Shown: piece after piece, positions 13,201 through 23,049 of the stretch | How the letters are laid out: each line of letters begins with the position of its first letter | Numbering within the stretch: position 1 is the first letter of the stretch | DNA from: Eledone cirrhosa | Taxonomy: Eukaryota | DNA: 64,000 nucleotides | Direction: 5' to 3' | Assembly: GCA_964016885.1 (NCBI GenBank) | Contig: OZ024747.1 | Coordinates: 29,512,001 to 29,576,000, forward strand | Made by a program: the position numbers and the translations under genes | Notes under the pieces: generated by a model | Told to the model about the DNA's origin: nothing | The model's input: the letters and a program-made list of their open reading frames with translations, nothing else | Database searches by the model: none

Positions 13201-16200
13201 GGCCGTTTTTTATTTGGGTACCCCGTTTTTTATTTGGGTGCCCCGTTTTTTTATGGGGGGGTCCGTTTTTTATTTGGGTGCCCCGTTTTTTTATGGGGGG
13301 GGTCCGTTTTTTATTTGGGTGCCCCGTTTTTTTATGGGGGGGTCCCGTTTTTTATTTGGGTGCCCCGTTTTTTTATGGGGAGGGTCCGTTTTTTATTTGG
13401 GTGCCCCGTTTTTTTATTGGGGGGTCCCGTTTTTTATTTGGGTGCCCCGTTTTTTTATGGGGGGGGTCCGTTTTTTATTTGGGTACCCCGTTTTTTATTT
13501 GGGTGCCCCGTTTTTTTATGGGGGGGTCCGTTTTTTATTTGGGTGCCCCGTTTTTTTATGGGGGGGTCCCGTTTTTTATTTGGGTGCCCCGTTTTTTTAT
13601 GGGGGGTCCGTTTTTTATTTGGGTACCCCGTTTTTTATTTGGGTGTCCCGTTTTTTTATGGGGGGGGTCCCGTTTTTTATTTGGGTGCCCCGTTTTTTTA
13701 TGGGGGGGTCCGTTTTTTATTTGGGTGTCCCGTTTTTTATTTGGGTGCCCCGTTTTTTTATGGGGGGGTCCGTTTTTTATTTGGGTGCCCCGTTTTTTTA
13801 TGGGGGGGGTCCGTTTTTTATTTGGGTGCCCCGTTTTTTTATGGGGGGTCCCGTTTTTTATTTGGGTGCCCCGTTTTTTTATGGGGGGGTCCGTTTTTTA
13901 TTTGGGTACCCCGTTTTTTATTTGGGTGCCCCGTTTTTTTATGGGGGGGTCCGTTTTTTATTTGGGTGCCCCGTTTTTTTATGGGGGGGGTCCGTTTTTT
14001 ATTTGGGTGCCCCGTTTTTTTATGGGGGGTCCCGTTTTTTATTTGGGTGCCCCGTTTTTTTATGGGGGGGTCCGTTTTTTATTTGGGTACCCCGTTTTTT
14101 ATTTGGGTGCCCAGTTTTTTTATGGGGGGATCCGTTTTTTATTTGGGTGTCCCGTTTTTTATTTGGGTGCCCCGTTTTTTATTTGGGTGCCCCGTTTTTT
14201 TATGGGGGGGTCCGTTTTTTATTTGGGTGCCCCGTTTTTTTATGGGGGGGGTCCGTTTTTTATTTGGGTGCCCCGTTTTTTTATGGGGGGGTCCCGTTTT
14301 TTATTTGGGTGCCCCGTTTTTTTATGGGGGGGGGTCCGTTTTTTATTTGGGTACCCCGTTTTTTATTTGGGTGCCCCGTTTTTTTATGGGGGGGGTCCGT
14401 TTTTTATTTGGGTGCCCCGTTTTTTATTTGGGTGCCCCGTTTTTTTATGGGGGGATCCGTTTTTTATTTGGGTGCCCCGTTTTATATTTGGGTGCCCCGT
14501 TTTTTATTTGGGTGCCCCGTTTTTTTATGGGGGGGTCCGTTTTTTATCTGGGTACCCCGTTTTTTATTTGGGTACCCCGTTTTTTATTTGGGTGCCCCGT
14601 TTTTTTATGGGGGGGGTCCGTTTTTTATTTGGGTGCCCCGTTTTTTTTATGGGGGGGGTCCGTTTTTTATTTGGGTGCCCCGTTTTTTATTTGGGTACCC
14701 CGTTTTTTATTTGGGTGCCCCGTTTTTTATTTGGGTGCCCCGTTTTTTTATGGGGGAGTCCGTTTTTTATTTGGGTGCCCCGTTTTTTATTTGGGTACCC
14801 CGTTTTTTATTTGGGTGCCCCGTTTTTTTATGGGGGGGGTCCGTTTTTTATTTGGGTGCCCCGTTTTTTTATGGGGGGGCCGTTTTTTATTTGGGTACCC
14901 CGTTTTTTATTTGGGTGCCCCGTTTTTTATTTGGGTACCCCGTTTTTTATTTGGGTGCACCGTTTTTTTATGGGGGGGTCCGTTTTTTATTTGGGTGCCC
15001 CGTTTTTTTATGGGGGGGTCCGTTTTTTATTTGGGTGCCCCGTTTTTTTATGGGGGGGTCCCGTTTTTTATTTGGGTGCCCCGTTTTTTTATGGGGGGGG
15101 TCCGTTTTTTATTTGGGTACCCCGTTTTTTATTTGGGTGTCCCGTTTTTTTATGGGGGGGTCCGTTTTTTATTTGGGTACCCCGTTTTTTATTTGGGTGC
15201 CCCGTTTTTTTATGGGGGGGTCCGTTTTTTATTTGGGTGCCCCGTTTTTTTATGGGGGGGGTCCGTTTTTTATTTGGGTGCCCCGTTTTTTTATGGGGGG
15301 GGTCCCGTTTTTTATTTGGGTGCCCCGTTTTTTTATGGGGGGGGTCCGTTTTTTATTTGGGTACCCCGTTTTTTATTTGGGTGCCCCGTTTTTTTATGGG
15401 GGGGTCCGTTTTTTATTTGGGTACCCCGTTTTTTTATGGGGGGGGTCCGTTTTTTATTTGGGTGCCCCGTTTTTTTATGGGGGGGGTCCCGTTTTTTATT
15501 TGGGTGCCCCGTTTTTTTATGGGGGGGTCCGTTTTTTATTTGGGTACCCCGTTTTTTATTTGGGTGCCCCGTTTTTTTATGGGTGGGGGTCCGTTTTTTA
15601 TTTGGGTGCCCCGTTTTTTTATGGGGGGGTCCGTTTTTTATTTGGGTGCCCCGTTTTTTTATGGGGGGGTCCCGTTTTTTATTTGGGTGCCCCGTTTTTT
15701 TATGGGGGGGGTCCGTTTTTTATTTGGGTACCCCGTTTTTTATTTGGGTGCCCCGTTTTTTTATGGGGGGGGGTCCGTTTTTTATTTGGGTGCCCCGTTT
15801 TTTATTTGGGTGCCCCGTTTTTTTATGGGGGGGATCCGTTTTCTATTTGGGTGCCCCGTTTTATATTTGGGTGCCCCGTTTTTTATTTGGGTGCCCCGTT
15901 TTTTATTTGGGTGCCCCGTTTTTTTATGGGGGGGTCCGTTTTTTATCTGGGTACCCCGTTTTTTATTTGGGTACCCCGTTTTTTATTTGGGTGCCCCGTT
16001 TTTTTATGGGGGGGGTCCGTTTTTTATTTGGGTGCCCCGTTTTTTTATGGGGGGGTCAGTTTTTTATTTGGGTACCCCGTTTTTTATTTGGGTACCCCGT
16101 TTTTTATTTGGGTGCCCCGTTTTTTATTTGGGTGCCCCGTTTTTTTATGGGGGGGTCCGTTTTTTATTTGGGTGACCCGTTTTTTATTTGGGTACCCCGT

Positions 16201-19200
16201 TTTTTATTTGGGTGCCCCGTTTTTTTTATGGGGGGGTCCGTTTTTTATTTGGGTGCCCCGTTTTTTTATGGGGGGGCCGTTTTTTATTTGGGTACCCCGT
16301 TTTTTATTTGGGTGCCCCGTTTTTTTATGGGGGGGGTGCGTTTTTTATTTGGGTGCCCCGTTTTTATATGGGGGGGGTCCGTTTTTTATTTGGGTGCCCC
16401 GTTTTTTTATGGGGGGGTCCCGTTTTTTATTTGGGTGCCCCGTTTTTTTATGGGGAGGGTCCGTTTTTTATTTGGGTGCCCCGTTTTTTTATTGGGGGGT
16501 CCCGTTTTTTATTTGGGTGCCCCGTTTTTTTATGGGGGGGTCCGTTTTTTATTTGGGTACCCCGTTTTTTATTTGGGTGCCCCGTTTTTTTATGGGGGGG
16601 GTCCGTTTTTTATTTGGGTGCCCCGTTTTTTTATGGGGGGGTCCCGTTTTTTATTTGGGTGCCCCGTTTTTTTATGGGGGGTCCGTTTTTTATTTGGGTA
16701 CCCCGTTTTTTATTTGGGTGTCCCGTTTTTTTATGGGGGGGGGTCCCGTTTTTTATTTGGGTGCCCCGTTTTTTATGGGGGGGTCCGTTTTTTATTTGGG
16801 TGCCCCGTTTTTTATTTGGGTGCCCCGTTTTTTTATGGGGGGGTCCGTTTTTTATTTGGGTGCCCCGTTTTTTTATGGTGGGGGTCCGTTTTTTATTTGG
16901 GTGCCCCGTTTTTTTATGGGGGGGTACCGTTTTTTATTTGGGTGCCCCGTTTTTTTATGGGGGGTCCGTTTTTTATTTGGGTACCCCGTTTTTTATTTGG
17001 GTGCCCCGTTTTTTTATGGGGGGGGTCCGTTTTTTATTTGGGTGCCCCGTTTTTTTATGGGGGGGGTCCGTTTTTTATTTGGGTGCCCCGTTTTTTATGG
17101 GGGGTCCCGTTTTTTATTTGGGTGCCCCGTTTTTTTATGGGGGGGTCCGTTTTTTATTTGGGTACCCCGTTTTTTATTTGGGTGCCCAGTTTTTTTATGG
17201 GGGGATCCGTTTTTTATTTGGGTGTCCCGTTTTTTATTTGGGTGCCCCGTTTTTTATTTGGGTGCCCCGTTTTTTTATGGGGGGGTCCGTTTTTTATTTG
17301 GGTGCCCCGTTTTTTTATGGGGGGGGTCCGTTTTTTATTTGGGTGCCCCGTTTTTTTATGGGGGGGTCCCGTTTTTTATTTGGGTGCCCCGTTTTTTTAT
17401 GGGGGGGGTTCGTTTTTTATTTGGGTACCCCGTTTTTTATTTGGGTGCCCCGTTTTTTTATGGGGGGGGTCCGTTTTTTATTTGGGTGCCCCGTTTTTTA
17501 TTTGGGTGCCCCGTTTTTTTATGGGGGGGATCCGTTTTTTATTTGGGTGCCCCGTTTTATATTTGGGTGCCCCGTTTTTTATTTGGGTGCCCCGTTTTTT
17601 TATGGGGGGGTCCGTTTTTTATCTGGGTACCCCGTTTTTTATTTGGGTACCCCGTTTTTTATTTGGGTGCCCCGTTTTTTTATGGGGGGGGTCCGTTTTT
17701 TATTTGGGTGCCCCGTTTTTTTTATGGGGGGGGTCCGTTTTTTATTTGGGTGCCCCGTTTTTTATTTGGGTACCCCGTTTTTTATTTGGGTGCCCCGTTT
17801 TTTATTTGGGTGCCCCGTTTTTTTATGGGGGAGTCCGTTTTTTATTTGGGTGCCCCGTTTTTTATTTGGGTACCCCGTTTTTTATTTGGGTGCCCCGTTT
17901 TTTTATGGGGGGGGGCCGTTTTTTATTTGGGTGCCCCGTTTTTTTATGGGGGGGCCGTTTTTTATTTGGGTACCCCGTTTTTTATTTGGGTGCCCCGTTT
18001 TTTATTTGGGTACCCCGTTTTTTATTTGGGTGCCCCGTTTTTTTATGGGGGGGTCCGTTTTTTATTTGGGTGCCCCGTTTTTTTATGGGGGGGTCCGTTT
18101 TTTATTTGGGTGCCCCGTTTTTTTATGGGGGGGTCCCGTTTTTTATTTGGGTGCCCCGTTTTTTTATGGGGGTGGTCCGTTTTTTATTTGGGTACCCCGT
18201 TTTTTATTTGGGTGTCCCGTTTTTTTATGGGGGGGTCCGTTTTTTATTTGGGTACCCCGTTTTTTATTTGGGTGCCCCGTTTTTTTATGGGGGGGTCCGT
18301 TTTTTATTTGGGTGCCCCGTTTTTTTATGGGGGGGGTCCGTTTTTTATTTGGGTGCCCCGTTTTTTTATGGGGGGGGTCCCGTTTTTTATTTGGGTGCCC
18401 CGTTTTTTTATGGGGGGGGTCCGTTTTTTATTTGGGTACCCCGTTTTTTATTTGGGTGCCCCGTTTTTTTATGGGGGGGTCCGTTTTTTATTTGGGTACC
18501 CCGTTTTTTATTTGGGTGCCCCGTTTTTTTATGGGGGGGTCCGTTTTTTATTTGGGTGCCCCGTTTTTTTATGGGGGGGTCCGTTTTTTATTTGGGTGCC
18601 CCGTTTTTTTATGGGGGGGGTCCCGTTTTTTATTTGGGTGCCCCGTTTTTTTATGGGGGGGGGTCCGTTTTTTATTTGGGTACCCCGTTTTTTATTTGGG
18701 TGCCCCGTTTTTTTATGGGGGGGGGGTCCGTTTTTTATTTGGGTGCCCCGTTTTTTTATGGGGGGGTCCGTTTTTTATTTGGGTGCCCCGTTTTTTTATG
18801 GGGGGGTCCCGTTTTTTATTTGGGTGCCCCGTTTTTTTATGGGGGGGTCCTTTTTTTATTTGGGTACCCCGTTTTTTATTTGGGTGCCCCGTTTTTTTAT
18901 GGGGGGGGTCCGTTTTTTATTTGGGTGCCCCGTTTTTTATTTGGGTGCCCCGTTTTTTTATGGGGGGGATCCGTTTTTTATTTGGGTGCCCCGTTTTATA
19001 TTTGGGTGCCCCGTTTTTTATTTGGGTGCCCCGTTTTTTATTTGGGTGCCCCGTTTTTTTATGGGGGGGTCCGTTTTTTATCTGGGTACCCCGTTTTTTA
19101 TTTGGGTACCCCGTTTTTTATTTGGGTGCCCCGTTTTTTTATGGGGGGGTCCGTTTTTTATTTGGGTGCCCCGTTTTTTTTATGGGGGGGGTCCGTTTTT

Positions 19201-19853
19201 TATTTGGGTGCCCCGTTTTTTATTTGGGTACCCCGTTTTTTATTTGGGTGCCCCGTTTTTTATTTGGGTGCCCCGTTTTTTTATGGGGGGGTCCGTTTTT
19301 TATTTGGGTGACCCGTTTTTTATTTGGGTACCCCGTTTTTTATTTGGGTGCCCCGTTTTTTTATGGGGGGGTCCGTTGTTTATTTGGGTGCCCCGTTTTT
19401 TTATGGGGGGGGCCGTTTTTTATTTGGGTACCCCGTTTTTTATTTGGGTGCCCCGTTTTTTTATGGGGGGGGTCCGTTTTTTATTTGGGTGCCCCGTTTT
19501 TTTATGGGGGGGGTCCGTTTTTTATTTGGGTGCCCCGTTTTTTTATGGGGGGGTCCCGTTTTTTATTTGGGTGCCCCGTTTTTTTATGGGGAGGGTCCGT
19601 TTTTTATTTGGGTGCCCCGTTTTTTTATTGGGGGGTCCCGTTTTTTATTTGGGTGCCCCGTTTTTTTATGGGGGGGGGTCCGTTTTTTATTTGGGTACCC
19701 CGTTTTTTATTTGGGTGCCCCGTTTTTTTATGGGGGGGGTCCGTTTTTTATTTGGGTGCCCCGTTTTTTTATGGGGGGGTCCCGTTTTTTATTTGGGTGC
19801 CCCGTTTTTTTATGGGGAGGGTCCGTTTTTTATTTGGGTGCCCCGTTTTTTTA
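7254..19853 (+). repeat. SatB: 20-bp T/G-rich satellite with two unit types, A=CGTTTTTTATTTGGGT(G/A)CCC and B=CGTTTTTTTATGGGGGGGTC, roughly 620 units
   Basis: Direct reading: continuous tandem 19-23-bp units, each starting CGT6-7A. G-run length in B varies from about 6 to 11. Confidence 0.98.
13300..19700 (+). repeat. ~3.1-kb higher-order duplication within SatB
   Basis: Rare markers recur at 3075-3136 bp: GGGGAGGG at 13377/16452/19588; ATCTGGG at 14546/17621 and 15945/19080; GTGACCC at ~16173/~19309. Boundaries are approximate. Confidence 0.85.
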
Positions 19854-19861
19854 CAAATTAT
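19846..19861 (-). other. Left SatB/SatC junction: TTTTTTTA direct-repeat copy (19846-19853) overlapping a 16-nt inverted SatC fragment
   Basis: TTTTTTTACAAATTAT is the exact reverse complement of ATAATTTGTAAAAAAA, the SatC X-unit core. It is followed by one T and then forward SatC from 19863. Confidence 0.85.
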
Positions 19862-22800
19862 TGAGATAACATTTAAAAAAATCAGGCGGAGATAATTTGT
19901 AAAAAAATCAGGGGGAGATAATTTGTAAAAAAATCAGGGGGAGATAATTTGTAAAAAAAATCAGGGGTAGATAATTTCCAGCCGTCCAAGGGGAGATAAT
20001 TTCCATCCTTCCAAGGGGAGATAATTTCCAGCCGTCCGAGGGGAGATAATTTCCCGCCAGCCAAGGAGAGATAATATTTAAAAAAATCAGGCGGAGATAA
20101 TTTGTAAAAAAAATCAGGGGGAGATAATTTGTAAAAAAATCAGGGGGAGATAATTTGTAAAAAAAAATCAGGGGAGATAATTTGTAAAAAAAATCAGGGG
20201 GAGATGATTTGTAAAAAAAAATCAGGGGTAGATAATTTGTAAAAAAAAATCAGGGGGAGATAATTTGTAAAAAAAAAATCAGGGGGAGATAATTTGTAAA
20301 AAAATCAAGGGGAGATAATTTCCAGCCGTCCAAGGGGAGATAATATTCAGCCGTCCAAGGAGGTAATTTCTAGCCGTCCAAGGGGAGATAATTTCCAGCC
20401 GTCCAAGGGGATATAATTTTTTTTTAAAAATCAGGCGGAGATAATTTGTAAACAAAAATCAGGGGGAGATAATTTGTAAAAAAAAATCAGGGGGAGATAA
20501 TTTGTAAAAAAAAATCAGGGGGAGATAATTTGTAAAAAAAATCAAGGGGAGATAATTTCCAGCCGTCCAAGGGGAGGTAATATCTAGCCATCCAAGGGGA
20601 GATAATTTCCAGCCGTCCAAGGGGAGATAATTTCCAGCCGTCCAAGGGGAGATAATATCCAGCCGTCCAAGGAGACATATTTTCCAGCCGTCCAAGGAGA
20701 GGTAATTTCTAGCCGTCCAAGGGGAGATAAGTTCCAGCCTCCAAGGGGAGAAAATTTCCAGCCAGCCAAGGGGAGATAATTTGTAAAAAAAAAATCAGGG
20801 GGAGATAATTTGTAAAAAAATCAGGGGGAGATAATTTGTAAAAAAAAAATCAGGGGGAGATAATTTGTAAAAAAAATCAGGGGGAGATAATTTGTAGAAA
20901 AAATCAGGGGTAGATAATTTGTAAAAAAAATCAGGGAGATAATTTGTAAAAAAAATCAGGGGGAGATAATTTGTAAAAAAAATCAGGGGTAGATAATTTT
21001 CAGCCGTCCAAGGGGAGATAATTTCCATCCTTCCAAGGGGAGATAATTTCCAGCCGTCCAAGGGGAGATAATTTCCCGCCAGCCAAGGAGAGATAACATT
21101 TTAAAAAATCAGGCGGAGATAATTTGTAAAAAAAATCAGGCGGAGATAATTTGTAAAAAAATCAGGGGGAGATAATTTGTAAAAAAAATCAGGGGTAGAT
21201 AATTTCCAGCCGTCCAAGGGGAGATAATTTCCATCCTTCCAAGGGGAGATAATTTCCAGCCGTCCAAGGGGAGATAATTTCCCGCCAGCCAAGGAGAGAT
21301 AATATTTAAAAAAATCAGGCGGAGATAATTTGTAAAAAAAATCAGGGGGAGATAATTTGTAAAAAAATCAGGGGGAGATAATTTGTAAAAAAAAATCAGG
21401 GGGAGATAATTTGTAAAAAAAATCAGGGGGAGATAATTTGTAAAAAAAAATCAGGGGTAGATAATTTGTAAAAAAAAATCAGGGGGAGATAATTTGTAAA
21501 AAAAAAATCAGGGGGAGATAATTTGTAAAAAAATCAAGGGGAGATAATTTCCAGCCGTCCAAGGGGAGATAATTTTCAGCCGTCCAAGGAGAGGTAATTT
21601 CTAGCCGTCCAAGGGGAGATAATTTCCAGCCAGCCAAGGGGAGATAATTTGTAAAAAAATCAGGGGTAGATAATTTGTAAAAAAAAATCAGGGGGAGATA
21701 ATTTGTAAAAAAAATCAGGGGGAGATAATTTGTAAAAAAAATCAGGGGTAGATAATTTCCAGCCGTCCAAGGGGAGATAATTTCCATCCTTCCAAGGGGA
21801 GATAATTTCCAGCCGTCCAAGGGGAGATAATTTCCCGCCAGCCAAGGAGAGATAACATTTAAAAAAATCAGGCGGAGATAATTTGTAAAAAAAATCAGGG
21901 GGAGATAATTTGTAAAAAAATCAGGGGGAGATAATTTGTAAAAAAAAAATCAGGGGGAGATAATTTGTAAAAAAAATCAGGGGGAGATAATTTGTAAAAA
22001 AAATCAGGGGTAGATAATTTGTAAAAAAAATCAGGGGGAGATAATTTGTAAAAAAAATCAGGGGGAGATAATTTGTAAAAAAAATCAGGGGTAGATAATT
22101 TCCAGCCGTCCAAGGGGAGATAATTTCCATCCTTCCAAGGGGAGATAATTTCCAGCCGTCCAAGGGGAGATAATTTCCCGCCAGCCAAGGAGAGATAACA
22201 TTTAAAAAAATCAGGCGGAGATAATTTGTAAAAAAAATCAGGGGGAGATAATTTGTAAAAAAATCAGGGGGAGATAATTTGTAAAAAAAATCAGGGGTAG
22301 ATAATTTCCAGCCGTCCAAGGGGAGATAATTTCCATCCTTCCAAGGGGAGATAATTTCCAGCCGTCCAAGGGGAGATAATTTCCCGCCAGCCAAGGAGAG
22401 ATAATATTTAAAAAAATCAGGCGGAGATAATTTGTAAAAAAAATCAGGGGGAGATAATTTGTAAAAAAATCAGGGAGAGATAATTTGTAAAAAAAAATCA
22501 GGGGAGATAATTTGTAAAAAAAATCAGGGGGAGATAATTTGTAAAAAAAATCAGGGGTAGATAATTTGTAAAAAAAAATCAGGGGGAGATAATTTGTAAA
22601 AAAAAAATCAGGGGGAGATAATTTGTAAAAAAATCAAGGGGAGATAATTTCCAGCCGTCCAAGGGGAGATAATTTTCAGCCGTCCAAGGAGGTAATTTCT
22701 AGCCGTCCAAGGGGAGATAATTTCCAGCCGTCCAAGGGGAGATAATTTTTTTAAAAAAATCAGGCGGAGATAATTTGTAAACAAAAATCAGGGGGAGATA

Positions 22801-23049
22801 ATTTGTAAAAAAAAATCAGGGGGAGATAATTTGTAAAAAAAAATCAGGGGGAGATAATTTGTAAAAAAAATCAGGGGTAGATAATTTCCAGCCGTCCAAG
22901 GGGAGATAATTTCCATCCTTCCAAGGGGAGATAATTTCCAGCCGTCCAAGGGGAGATAATTTCCCGCCAGCCAAGGAGAGATAATATTTAAAAAAATCAG
23001 GGGGAGATAATTTGTAAAAAAAAATCAGGGGGAGATAATTTGTAAAAAA

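Noticed and set aside
6941-19895. Giant + strand ORFs (4307, 3716, 1235, 1199, 1120 aa) rich in F/G/P/V
   Set aside because: The SatB + strand simply lacks TAA/TAG/TGA, so all three frames are open. The peptides are the same repeat words in every frame, frequent homopolymer indels shift frames freely, and the longest ORF crosses the N gap.
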